Positions 1 through 9,287 of a stretch of DNA of 64,000 nucleotides are shown one piece after another (positions within the stretch are counted from its first letter, which is position 1; the number at the start of each line of letters is the position of its first letter). The notes beneath the pieces were generated by a model. It did no database searches. It was not told the origin of the DNA and saw only the letters and a list, made by a program, of their open reading frames with translations. Source of the stretch: Oligoflexia bacterium (GTDB taxonomy: Bacteria > Bdellovibrionota > UBA1018); NCBI GenBank assembly GCA_043732485.1, contig JAYTHP010000114.1, forward strand, positions 846 through 64,845, given 5' to 3'. The position numbers and the translations under genes are program-made.

Positions 1-585
1 TCCCACCGACAGATCCTCAATTTTCGCATGCAAGGGTACCACTAAGCCATAACGAGTCGCCAGCGCCTCAAGCTCCCGAGCTAAGGCTTGCCGCGCGATC
101 GGCTGCAGCGATTCCACCCTTTTTTCAAAGCTCGCAAGCCTTGGCGCTGATGACGACGGGTCCCCCGTTGCAAGTTTCTCAAACCCGGCACTTTTCTCAA
201 ACCCAAGAATCAAATTATCTAGCACCGTAAACGGACCTGCCAACAAAAAATGCTGATGTACCATGCCAATGCCACAGGCAATCGCAGCCTTGGGATCCCA
301 ACTGCTCAGCCCCCCCCAAGGACGTCCGCGAATCCAAATTTCACCCGAATCCGGGGGGAAAACTCCCTGCAGAAGATTCATGGCTGTGGATTTTCCTGCA
401 CCATTTTCGCCAATCAAGGCGTGGATACTGCCTGAGCGAATCTGCAGGTTCAGCCCCGAGTTGGCCACCACGCTTCGAAACGATTTACAAATCGCCTTCA
501 TCTCAACGGCAACACCCGCCTCGGGCAACGGCCGAGCGGGGACGTTAGACTGAAGCAAGGAGGTAGGGGGGCAGGGGGGTTGCAT
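1..585 (-). CDS. ABC transporter ATP-binding protein (N-terminal part; gene runs off left window edge)
   Basis: Not in the ORF track because there is no stop in the window. Reverse translation from ATG 585 reads ...VEMKAICKSFRSVVANSGLNLQIRSGSIHALIGENGAGKSTAMNLLQGVFPPDSGEIWIRG...GIGMVHQHF, with Walker A GENGAGKST. It lies 26 nt downstream of the BMP-family binding-protein gene. An alternative start is ATG 501. Confidence 0.8.
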   Translation of the reverse strand, partial: MQPPCPPTSLLQSNVPARPLPEAGVAVEMKAICKSFRSVVANSGLNLQIRSGSIHALIGENGAGKSTAMNLLQGVFPPDSGEIWIRGRPWGGLSSWDPKAAIACGIGMVHQHFLLAGPFTVLDNLILGFEKSAGFEKLATGDPSSSAPRLASFEKRVESLQPIARQALARELEALATRYGLVVPLHAKIEDLSVG

Positions 586-611
586 GCCGCTCACCGTCAG
601 AGCATCCTCCC

Positions 612-1928
612 TTAGCTTTCAGCCAGCCACGGCGCTGGCGCCTGATTCAGGTTCAAGCGTGAGCTTTTAGAGTGCTGCTGCAAACCTTCTTGATAAAAAT
701 CAGGAACTTTTAGCTCTCCTGAGATGATTTTTGCCTCAATTTCCTGCAGTTTTTTCCTGACTGCAGCCGGAATGAGCTTTTCATTAAAGTGATCAAACGC
801 CAGCTCCACCCCATGGTTCGCCAAATTAAAGCGACTCACCCCCGCCTCAAACTGACCCGCCTGACTCCGCTTGCAAACTGCAAAAACCGCCTCATCCATT
901 TTTTTGACCATCGAAGTCAACACCGTGCCCGGTCGCACCCCGTTTTGATTAGAATCTACCCCAATCACCCACTTGTGCTGTTCTTCTGCGGCGTCAAAAA
1001 GGCCAATCCCCGATGCACCGGCTGCGCCGTAAATGACATCCACCCCAGCCGCAAATTGTGCTAAAGCCAACTCCTTGCCCTTGGCAGGATTACTCCAAGC
1101 GTCAGCCGTTACCCCCACATAATTGACCATTACTTTCATCTGCGGATGAATGTAATGCGCCCCCGCCGAATACCCCCGCTCAAAGCGTCGCAGGAGTGGC
1201 ATCTCCATCCCGCCAATAAACCCTAATTTTCCAGTTTTTGACATCTGGGCTGCCAGTGCGCCTGCTAAAAACGATCCCTCGTGCTCTTGAAAAACAATCG
1301 AGTTGATATTCGGTAAATTTAACTGGGCATCTAAAATTACAAAGTGCTGTTCAGGGTAAAGCTTCGCCATTTTCTCAACGGCGCTGGCTTGTGAGGCCCC
1401 AATAGAAATAATAAGATCGAACTTCTTTTTGACAAAATTACGTAAAAACGGCTCAAAGGCGTTTTCATCCGTCGCTTCGACATGTTTGATAAGCACGTGC
1501 AGCTCGTTTTGCGCGCGCATCGCCCCCTTATAGGCCGAGGCGTTGTAAGACTCATCGTCTTTACCCCCCTTATCGAGCACTAAACCCACCCGAAACGGAG
1601 CGGGTTTTTCCGCGTGCGCCGGTGCGTGCAAGGGCGCCTGCGAATCTACCGCCCAAGCCACCGAGCCGCCCACCCCACTGGCTAAAGTACCCAGCCTGGC
1701 TGATTGCTGCCAAGAGGAAGAAAACACAACCCGCACCCCAATACCTGCCAAAACGCCAACGACCACGAAAATGCCTACGCTGACTCCCTTCCCACAGCGC
1801 TTGCTCGGCGGCTGCTGAGATCGCAGCCCTTTCGTCAAAAGGGCGTTTTTCAAAGTCCTTAAGGTGACACTCATTTTTTTGTTTCCTTCTGCAAAAAGTT
1901 CTCCCATATCCCAGGGCTTACTGTCCAC
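612..1928 (-). CDS. BMP-family (PnrA/Med-like) ABC transporter substrate-binding protein
   Basis: 438-aa ORF with an N-terminal hydrophobic anchor. BMP-type blocks include FRVGLVLDKGGKDDESYN, GVDVIYGAAGASGIGLF and VIGVDSNQ. It sits immediately upstream of the ABC ATPase. The true start may be internal (MSVTLR at 1874). Confidence 0.85.
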   Translation of the reverse strand: MDSKPWDMGELFAEGNKKMSVTLRTLKNALLTKGLRSQQPPSKRCGKGVSVGIFVVVGVLAGIGVRVVFSSSWQQSARLGTLASGVGGSVAWAVDSQAPLHAPAHAEKPAPFRVGLVLDKGGKDDESYNASAYKGAMRAQNELHVLIKHVEATDENAFEPFLRNFVKKKFDLIISIGASQASAVEKMAKLYPEQHFVILDAQLNLPNINSIVFQEHEGSFLAGALAAQMSKTGKLGFIGGMEMPLLRRFERGYSAGAHYIHPQMKVMVNYVGVTADAWSNPAKGKELALAQFAAGVDVIYGAAGASGIGLFDAAEEQHKWVIGVDSNQNGVRPGTVLTSMVKKMDEAVFAVCKRSQAGQFEAGVSRFNLANHGVELAFDHFNEKLIPAAVRKKLQEIEAKIISGELKVPDFYQEGLQQHSKSSRLNLNQAPAPWLAES

Positions 1929-2032
1929 TGAGCTTTTGGAAAGAGCACAATTTCCTCTTCCCCACTTTTGCGCCTACTTCAGTTCTCTCTCCTGCACCCA
2001 AACCACACCCAGGGTCATCGTTCGCCTTACTC

Positions 2033-3007
2033 TCACGAAAAAAGCGGGAAATCTCTTAAAAGTTGATTTAACGACGTCTTACGATCAGTTTGAGCGCTGC
2101 GCTCACCAATAATCAGCGCCACGGCCACCGAAAACTCCCCCGCCGCAAATTGCTTGAGCGCGGCGCCCGGGATCACCACACTATTTCGTGGCACCCTGCC
2201 ACGATACTCAATCGGCTGAGAACTCGAATAAACATCTAAAATACGAGTACTTGCAGTCAGCACCACTCCTGCCCCTAAAACCGCCCCCTCTTCCACCCGC
2301 ACTCCTTCGGCAACCACACAGCGACTGCCAATAAAGACATCATCTTCAATGATCACCGGCTGGTTTTGCAGCGGCTCTAAGACGCCCCCAATGCCCACCC
2401 CACCCGATAAATGCACCCGCTTGCCGATCTGCGCGCAAGAGCCCACCGTAGCCCAGGTGTCGACCATAGTGCCGCTGCCAACGTACGCTCCGACATTGAC
2501 AAAACTGGGCATTAAAATGACCCCCTGATCGATAAAAGCGCCGCGCCTGGCCACCGCCGGAGGCACCACTCGCACCCCCTCTTGCCCCGTCCATTGCCGC
2601 ACGGCTATTTTATCGACAAACGAGAAAGAGAGCGGGGAACCAGGCGACACCTCAAGCCGCTCGGTAGGCCTTCTTCGGAAATGTAGCAGGATTGCTTTTT
2701 TTAACCACTCATGCACCCGCCACTGTCCCGACGCTTGGCGCTTAAGCGGCTCGCTGTGGGGTTCTTTCCCACGAGTTGCTTCCCCCTCGCTTGGTTCATC
2801 GTTTGGTTCATCGTTTGGTTCAAAGGAAGCCACTCGTAAAATGCCCTGCTCAAGCCCGTCCATGACCGTGTCTAAGGCCAGCAGCAGTGACTCGTCTTGA
2901 AAGATCTCACTTCCGGACTGTAGGTAGGCCTGCTCGATTTTTTGCTGCAAGCTATGGGTTTCAAGATGAAAGTTTGCGGAGGATTCAGGGGACTTATCAG
3001 GGGACAT
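2033..3007 (-). CDS. dapD: 2,3,4,5-tetrahydropyridine-2,6-dicarboxylate N-succinyltransferase
   Basis: The hexapeptide-repeat core GVRVVPPAVARRGAFIDQGVILMPSFVNVGAYVGSGTMVDTWATVGSCAQIGKRVHLSGGVGIGGVLEPLQ is colinear with characterised DapD. It carries an in-frame EPNDEPNDEP insertion. Confidence 0.9.
   Translation of the reverse strand: MSPDKSPESSANFHLETHSLQQKIEQAYLQSGSEIFQDESLLLALDTVMDGLEQGILRVASFEPNDEPNDEPSEGEATRGKEPHSEPLKRQASGQWRVHEWLKKAILLHFRRRPTERLEVSPGSPLSFSFVDKIAVRQWTGQEGVRVVPPAVARRGAFIDQGVILMPSFVNVGAYVGSGTMVDTWATVGSCAQIGKRVHLSGGVGIGGVLEPLQNQPVIIEDDVFIGSRCVVAEGVRVEEGAVLGAGVVLTASTRILDVYSSSQPIEYRGRVPRNSVVIPGAALKQFAAGEFSVAVALIIGERSAQTDRKTSLNQLLRDFPLFS
2791..2822. repeat. 12-bp in-frame tandem repeat (about 2.7 copies) inside dapD
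   Basis: ttggttcatcgt ttggttcatcgt ttggttca encodes EPNDEPNDEP on the minus strand. Confidence 0.9.
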
Positions 3008-3249
3008 AGGGGAGGGGTTCCTTTGGGCTTTCCTTAGTTTTCCTGTGCTTTAACGATCACAAAGACGATCACGAGACGGCAAAGACACGAGCACGAGGAC
3101 GTTAAAAACCAGAGAGGTCTTCGCAGGCGGGGTTCGCAGACAGCCTTTCAAAGTTCGATCTCTTGAAAAGAAAACTTGCTCCTGAAACCTTCAGGCGCTC
3201 TCACCTGCCGCTCTCACCGAAAGACTCTTTTTCTCTTCTTGTCTCCTCT

Positions 3250-4050
3250 CTAATACTTCACAAACTTTTTGCTTTCCTGCAAAGCCTGCTTCTTCTCAGG
3301 TTTTCTGCTTTTTTCTCTCACCACGGCAAAGGCTGCTAAAATGCCCGGCAGATGCTGCTCCAGCAGGATATCCGGCTTCTGCCCTCGCTCAATTTCGTAG
3401 GTTAACGTCGGTATCGCCCGCTCGAGTCCCGCGTAAGTCCCGAGACACCCAGGCGTGGGGTAACCAATACTTTTTTCAATGCGGTATCCGTTTCGCGCTT
3501 GAATTGCAAGCGCTTCTTCTTCGCAGGCTCCGTTGACGTTGAGCAACGGATACCAGGAATGCAAACTCAGCAGCCAGTGCGGAGGGGTTTTTGCAAGCCA
3601 TTGCACGAGCGCCTGGGTCTCAGGCTCGCTGTTAGCGGCTGGCCCTGGATGATAGCGCTCCGAGCTCACCTCCGCTGTCCAATCGGCGGTCGGTAAATTG
3701 CGATTCAAATCGACGCCGTTGCCGTTGACCCGCCAACTCCCTATCCAGCCATCAGGGTTAAACACCGGGATCAGCGTGATGCGGAGTCCTTCGACCGGGT
3801 AAAGCTTTAAATGCTCAATTAAACCCATGGCGCAAATCACGCCTTCTTTTTCATCTCCGTGCACGCCCCCTAAGACCAGCACTTCAGGCGCTGAGGTCAC
3901 GCGCTCGCCTCCTTGCAGCTTCTGAGGTTCGGAAAAATCAGGCCCAGAAAAATCAAAACGATAGGCTAAAAGCGGCTTGCCAGAGACGCTATCACCTATC
4001 TTGAAAACGGTTGGATCGACCATCGGGCTGCTCACTCTTTCTCTGGTCAT
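3250..4050 (-). CDS. M14-family zinc carboxypeptidase (MpaA/succinylglutamate desuccinylase-like)
   Basis: 266-aa ORF. VLVLGGVHGDEKEGV (HxxE zinc site), DLNRN and a later LHSW block fit the M14 cytosolic-carboxypeptidase/MpaA pattern. Confidence 0.65.
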   Translation of the reverse strand: MTRERVSSPMVDPTVFKIGDSVSGKPLLAYRFDFSGPDFSEPQKLQGGERVTSAPEVLVLGGVHGDEKEGVICAMGLIEHLKLYPVEGLRITLIPVFNPDGWIGSWRVNGNGVDLNRNLPTADWTAEVSSERYHPGPAANSEPETQALVQWLAKTPPHWLLSLHSWYPLLNVNGACEEEALAIQARNGYRIEKSIGYPTPGCLGTYAGLERAIPTLTYEIERGQKPDILLEQHLPGILAAFAVVREKSRKPEKKQALQESKKFVKY

Positions 4051-4436
4051 TTTGACGCAGTTTTCTTCCCCGATTTCTTACCCGATCTCCTGGCCAGGCA
4101 CAACCCTCTATCTGCCGCACCGCGCTCTTTACCGCGCCAGACGAGACCGCCCATCCAACACCCCCCGCCCCGCCGCCACTCCGCATCAGGCTGGCAAGGG
4201 GGATGTCAGCTTGGAGGTCGGGTCTACACCCTCCCTTGCCGCTCCAGCAGGGCCTAACAGAAGACCGCAAGCCCGGGCAACGAAAGCCATTGACTTCCCA
4301 GGGAAGGCTGGTAAAAAACCTCGCTATGGGCCTGTTAAAACAAGATTTTTTCTCCCCCTCGTTCCGACCGTCTGAAGCGCAGGAGCAAGCGCAGGCGGCT
4401 TTAGGCACTGCTTTGGGCTTAACCCACACCCGAGCG

Positions 4437-5540
4437 ATGGGTCTCAGAGCAAAAGCCCTCTGCAGAGGGTGGGGTTTGCTGCTGACTCCAGCGCTTGCCC
4501 TTGCACCGACTTTGCTAATTTTGAGCGGCTGCGGCGAAGCCAAGCAGTCCAGGGTCGCCAAGCAGCGAACCGAAAAGCCCCGCCAGCCGGTTCTTGAAGA
4601 GCCTGCGCAACGAGCGCGTCAAGATCTCACAAAACTCCCGGAACTGCAGGCTAGCGAGCTTGAGACTTACGACCGGGAGCACTTTCATCGCTTTGCTCAG
4701 GTCTTTGGCGGTTACCAAACGGCAGATCTGTCGCAATTCCTGGCAGCACGGATTAAGCACCCCATTCACCCCAGCCAAGTCTTGGATTACGAACCACCAG
4801 AAATAGGTGCTATCATCAGTTCGAGTACGGAATTACCGGGTGGCAAAGGAAAAATTTTAGCCAACAATCTGGGTACTGCGCTTTGGCTATCAGCTGAGAG
4901 CTTTCAGGTCCCGATCTGGCTTTCCTACCTCTTTCAAGGGGAAGTGATTCGCGTCAAGTGCGACTCCTCGCGGGTAGGGCTGATCATCCTGCCTACCGAT
5001 TATGGCAGGGACGGGAGAAAGGCCGAAGAGCGATTACTGACACTCATCCATGAAGGACCTCATTCCGACTGTCCCCAAGGCTGGAGCAACCAACAAGCAA
5101 GACGCTACGCCTCGGCGATGCGCTCCGGCGGAAACTCCCCCGGTGAACTGGGTGCTATTATGGGCACGTGCGGTTATCCTCATGCGCTTTGTCCCGAAGA
5201 CGGCCCCGTCCCCGATCTCGCTGGTATCCCCGCTTGCGATAGGCTGCCCTGGGGGAGTTATGCCATTGAAGCTCTTTTTGCCGACCGCTTAGCCGCCACA
5301 AGCCCCTCTGCGGAACAAAGCGCGATCTATGAGGCGGCGTTCTATGAGTGTAAAAGTCGTATCTTGCTGGATTATAACGCTCTCCAAGCGGGCGCCTATG
5401 GCAGCCCCAACCTCCAGGCGCGAGGAAGAATTGCCGGATCGGCGCCGCGAGTTGAGCTGCCTCATGACTCTCACCCCCATCCTGCGCACCGGCAGCCGAA
5501 AGGGGTGGTTTCAGAAGTGGCACCAGAGGAGGCCCCATGA
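4437..5540 (+). CDS. putative lipoprotein with HExxH motif (function unknown)
   Basis: The track ORF starts at 4203, but the internal ATG 4437 gives MGLRAKALCRGWGLLLTPALALAPTLLILSGC, a signal peptide with an LSGC lipobox. It contains LIHEGPHSDC (HExxH) and a Cys-rich segment. I recognise no family. Confidence 0.55.
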   Translation: MGLRAKALCRGWGLLLTPALALAPTLLILSGCGEAKQSRVAKQRTEKPRQPVLEEPAQRARQDLTKLPELQASELETYDREHFHRFAQVFGGYQTADLSQFLAARIKHPIHPSQVLDYEPPEIGAIISSSTELPGGKGKILANNLGTALWLSAESFQVPIWLSYLFQGEVIRVKCDSSRVGLIILPTDYGRDGRKAEERLLTLIHEGPHSDCPQGWSNQQARRYASAMRSGGNSPGELGAIMGTCGYPHALCPEDGPVPDLAGIPACDRLPWGSYAIEALFADRLAATSPSAEQSAIYEAAFYECKSRILLDYNALQAGAYGSPNLQARGRIAGSAPRVELPHDSHPHPAHRQPKGVVSEVAPEEAP

Positions 5541-6262
5541 AGCAGGCCACTTCCAGGCGGCGCCGTTTCAAGTTACGCTTCTTGGGCATGAGTTTACTGA
5601 TCAGCTGGTTCGGCTTAACGCTCTCCAACCATGCCGGGCTTTTGAATCAAACGGTGAACCTCTCGCCGGGAGACGCGGCCTCCCTGGAGCAGGCGAAAAC
5701 GCCTCTGGTCTCCCGCGTTGCCCAGAGGTTGCTGCGTTTAGTCAAAAAAAATCAACCCAAAGCCGCAACCGAAGCCTCAAACCCCTTACGGGGTGCGCCG
5801 CATCAGCGCTCCGTTCCCGCACTGTTGACGCCTGACGATGAGGGGGGCTTGCCGCCAGGCAACGACGACACGCGGCCGCTTGAAAGTATTGCAGAGACCT
5901 TTCAAAGCATCCCTTCGCGGACCACTTTACGGGAGCAAACGTTGGCATATCCCCACCAAATCCCACACTGCGTGATTGAGTTTGCTATCCGCTTGAACCA
6001 CCAAGTCGAAGCGGGCTTGCAATCCGAAGGGTGGGCCTTAGAGTTAGCAAGCGCACTCTCCACTTATGCTGTGCAAGAGGGCGATCACACCGTTTCCTCC
6101 TTACAAGCGTTGGCGATGAAAAAGCTACTTACTTTACAAAAAGCGTATCCGCACTCTGAGAGCTTGGCAGCGGTGGCGTCTGACACCGAACATCGCCTCA
6201 AACCCGCCATCCGCTACCTGCTGAAGGAGCGGACGACGAAGGCGACCTCCGAGCAGCCTTGA
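5537..6262 (+). CDS. hypothetical secreted/membrane-anchored protein
   Basis: 241-aa ORF. Its ATG overlaps the stop of the upstream lipoprotein gene (ATGA at 5537-5540). The N-terminus is basic then hydrophobic (RRRRFKLRFLGMSLLISWFGLTLS). Confidence 0.5.
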   Translation: MKQATSRRRRFKLRFLGMSLLISWFGLTLSNHAGLLNQTVNLSPGDAASLEQAKTPLVSRVAQRLLRLVKKNQPKAATEASNPLRGAPHQRSVPALLTPDDEGGLPPGNDDTRPLESIAETFQSIPSRTTLREQTLAYPHQIPHCVIEFAIRLNHQVEAGLQSEGWALELASALSTYAVQEGDHTVSSLQALAMKKLLTLQKAYPHSESLAAVASDTEHRLKPAIRYLLKERTTKATSEQP

Positions 6263-6285
6263 CGGAGAACACGCGAGACAGACGC

Positions 6286-6774
6286 TTAAACGACTTGCAC
6301 CAACTGAAAGCGCGCATCAAACTTGCCATGGGCAAACTCCTGACAACAGCGGGCGCAAGCCGATAAGCCAAGCCGTTTGCGAGCGGGGAAGGTTTTTTGG
6401 CAAAAGTTGCAGCGGTAAAGATAGCGACTGGCCCGTAAGCGCGGCACGGGATTGTAACGACTCACCCCCATTGCCCGCATTTTGCTATAAAACTCAGGGT
6501 TATGGCCATAAGGCCTGCGCCTCAGCCACAACCAGAAATGGATCATTTCATGCCCCAGCGTGTCTTGCACGAGGTGCTCGGCCTCTGGCTCTTCTCTTAA
6601 GTAGCTGGCAATTTCAATTTTCGCGGCTAACGGAAATACCAAGCTGCGCCGACCGGGTAAAAATCGGCCCGCTGACGAGCGCAACCGTGAATTCCAAGTC
6701 AAAAGGGGGAGGTCTAAGAAGTCATCAAAGTGGAGCTGATTGATTTTTTGAAATAAAGACTCAAGTAGATCCAT
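6286..6774 (-). CDS. SprT-like zinc metallopeptidase domain protein
   Basis: 162-aa ORF. TLGHEMIHFWLW provides HExxH, and a C-terminal Cys pair pattern (YRCNFCQ...CARCC) gives a zinc ribbon, as in the SprT family. Confidence 0.7.
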   Translation of the reverse strand: MDLLESLFQKINQLHFDDFLDLPLLTWNSRLRSSAGRFLPGRRSLVFPLAAKIEIASYLREEPEAEHLVQDTLGHEMIHFWLWLRRRPYGHNPEFYSKMRAMGVSRYNPVPRLRASRYLYRCNFCQKTFPARKRLGLSACARCCQEFAHGKFDARFQLVQVV

Positions 6775-6909
6775 GCTGGGCTTTCATCACCCTTGACGAG
6801 TGGAGCGGGCGGTTGAGTGGGCGGTCGGTGCTTCTTTTCAGCAAAGTGCCTGAAAACCCGACTTGCCGCAAGTCAAGATCCGCGAGTTTGGGCTGAGACC
6901 CACCCCGCC

Positions 6910-7665
6910 TTAAAGCGCTAGTCCAAAGATTTGAAATAAAAACCAAAGGCCCACCCCTGAAATCACCGGAATCGTAAAATTATCATCCCAACCGAGCGGC
7001 ACCAGCTCAGCCGTTCCGCCCACCATTCCCCCTAAAAACCCCACCCAAAAGGTATTCACTCCCATGACCCCGAGGTAAATCCAAGATAAAGCGATACAAA
7101 CCACTATGCTCGCTGCCGTCCCCACCATGCTTTTATCCGGTGCAAAAGAAAAACGCGGCCCGAGATGGCCCCATAAAATGCCACACAGCGAGGCGACCGG
7201 GTCTCCCACGGCCAGGTAGAGCAGGCTTAAAACGGCAATGGCTTTAGGAAAACAGCTCACCATCAGCAAAGCCGCCAGCAAATACTGCGGAATCGCGCTC
7301 ATGGTTTGCACCTCATGACGGCGGATCAGTGGCCCCCAGAACTTTAAAATCCACAGATTAAAGCTGGGATAGCGTAAGCGCAGACACTCGGAGCTCACAT
7401 TCAGCGCCAAGAAGAAAAGTAGCACTCGGATGCCCTGCTCGCGCGTGCAACGGCCGGTCTGGTAAAGCGTAACGATCAACATCCCCATCAAAAAATGCCA
7501 GCTTTTTCGCAGCAAATGCAAATCACCCCTACGTGCAAACCCCAAAACCCCCAAGTCACTTTGCAAACAAGCCGCCGTACCCGTCATCACCCCGCCGCTT
7601 GCAGGTGAGAGCCTCATCGCTGGCGAAGGAGCTACTGCCACCGCCCAATTCAAGGTTTTTTTCAT
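6910..7665 (-). CDS. polytopic membrane protein, COG0170 dolichol/phytol kinase-like (CTP-dependent polyprenol kinase family)
   Basis: 251-aa multi-TM ORF. AVGDPVASLCGILWG...DKSMVGTAAS resembles the GDxxAxxxGxxxG...K(S/T)xEG motif of SEC59/phytol-kinase-type proteins. It lacks the CdsA signature. Confidence 0.55.
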   Translation of the reverse strand: MKKTLNWAVAVAPSPAMRLSPASGGVMTGTAACLQSDLGVLGFARRGDLHLLRKSWHFLMGMLIVTLYQTGRCTREQGIRVLLFFLALNVSSECLRLRYPSFNLWILKFWGPLIRRHEVQTMSAIPQYLLAALLMVSCFPKAIAVLSLLYLAVGDPVASLCGILWGHLGPRFSFAPDKSMVGTAASIVVCIALSWIYLGVMGVNTFWVGFLGGMVGGTAELVPLGWDDNFTIPVISGVGLWFLFQIFGLAL

Positions 7666-7680
7666 AAGTTTCCTTTCCTA

Positions 7681-7690
7681 CCCCCCCCCC
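7681..7690. repeat. homopolymeric C10 (G10 on the coding strand of the adjacent gene)
   Basis: The minus strand reads GGGGGGGGGGTAGGAAAGGAAACTTATG, so the tract abuts the putative RBS of the COG0170 membrane-protein gene. Confidence 0.9.
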
Positions 7691-8282
7691 TTTATCAATC
7701 CCCACTGATGGTTGTCCAAGTTCCAAAGACCTGCTTCAAAGACCCGGGGGGCGCGTTCCGCTTGAACCATTGCGACGCTCACCTCGCTCGCTTGACGACT
7801 TTCCTGTGTCGCTTTTGTTGGTAGGGATAAGCAACCTCGGTGCCATAATAGTTGACCAAATTTATTTTTATTTTTTTTTATTCTCCCATCATTTAAAGGA
7901 CTTAGGAAGCACCGAGGACCCGTCAATGGCCTGGCGCAGGGGTTTTCCTGTGACCAGAGTAATTCATTACCCAAACTGACTTTAAAGTGCGTAAAAGATT
8001 GCGCACCAGGCGTTCGACGAACCCTCCCCACCGCCCGACTTCTCGCCCGCTTATCAGGATTGAGAAATTTTTATTGATTTTATTTCATTTTTTTAAGCCT
8101 CCGGCCGAAGACTCTAATGACAGCATTCGGTTAATATCTACACACCACGGCCCCCGGGGCCCTTTTGAGGAGATCAGCAGCAGCCCCATCCGCAAAAAAC
8201 AAAGGGTTGCCATAACGGGTAGCAGTGGGAAAAAAAGCGTTGCGTGTGTGCGCATACCATTTGAGGGAGAAGGCGTTGATTC

Positions 8283-9287
8283 ATGGAGCAGCAGCAAGAG
8301 CAGGCCGTTAGAATGCCGTTTGACCCGCTGAGTGAGGCAAGCCTTTTAAGGCCTGTTTGCTCTCAGCCGCCTGCCGCCACGTCGCGCGTGCGCGAGACGC
8401 TGGCCATTGGTGGCGGTAAAGGTGGTATCGGTAAAAGCCTGATTGCCTCAAGCCTTGCCATTATTTTGGCACGCCGCGGCTTAAAAGTCGTGCTCGTGGA
8501 CCTTGATTTAGGGGGCGCCAACCTCCACACCACCCTAGGCATTGATCTCCCGAAGCGCTCCTTAAGTGATTTTTTTAACCACCGCATTCAAAACCTCTCA
8601 CAGTGCGTTGTTCCTACCGGGATTCACAACTTAGGGCTGATTAGTGGCGCCCACGATGCGGTGAACGTTACCCAAACGAGCCCGCATCAGCAAAACGATT
8701 TACTGCAGAAATTGCAGCAAATTGATGCCGACTATCTGGTTTTTGACTTAGGCGCAGGCACGGCTGCCAGCACCATTGATTTTTTTCTCGCCAGCACCAT
8801 CCGCATTATCGTCTTGTTGCCGGAACCCACTTCCATTGAAAACAGTTACCGTTTCATCAAAAGCGCCTACTTCAAGCAACTCTCCAGAGCCCCGGCGCTT
8901 GCCGCTTTACACCCGATCATCGGGCAAGCCATGGATGCCCAGGAGCAAAGCGGCATTACCACCCCTGCTGATTTGTTTCGCGAGGCCAACCGCATGAGTC
9001 CGCAATTAGCCCTTCATCTAAAAGCGGAAATCGCCCGTTTTCAGTTAGAATTGATCATTAACCAAGTCCGGACACAAAACGATCACGACATCGGCACGGC
9101 GGTGAAGGTGATTTGTAAGAAGTATTTTGGTATTGAATCCAATTACGCAGGCTCGCTTGATTACGACAACAATGCCTGGCAGGCCGTGCGCCGCAAACAG
9201 CCGTTACCGCTCGCTTTTCCCCATTCCAAGTCGACCCAAAATCTTGAAAACATCGTCAATTGCATTCTTCCTCCAGGAAAAAAATGA
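8283..9287 (+). CDS. MinD/ParA-family P-loop ATPase
   Basis: 334-aa ORF with the deviant Walker A IGGGKGGIGKSLIASSLA, followed by VVLVDLDLGGANLH and a DYLVFDLGAG Walker B-like block. Confidence 0.8.
   Translation: MEQQQEQAVRMPFDPLSEASLLRPVCSQPPAATSRVRETLAIGGGKGGIGKSLIASSLAIILARRGLKVVLVDLDLGGANLHTTLGIDLPKRSLSDFFNHRIQNLSQCVVPTGIHNLGLISGAHDAVNVTQTSPHQQNDLLQKLQQIDADYLVFDLGAGTAASTIDFFLASTIRIIVLLPEPTSIENSYRFIKSAYFKQLSRAPALAALHPIIGQAMDAQEQSGITTPADLFREANRMSPQLALHLKAEIARFQLELIINQVRTQNDHDIGTAVKVICKKYFGIESNYAGSLDYDNNAWQAVRRKQPLPLAFPHSKSTQNLENIVNCILPPGKK

Noticed and set aside
3992-4561. 189-aa minus-strand ORF and 132-aa plus-strand ORF in the M14 / lipoprotein divergent region
   Set aside because: Composition is Arg/Gly/Ala-rich with no motifs. 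They overlap the M14 gene start and the likely promoter region.
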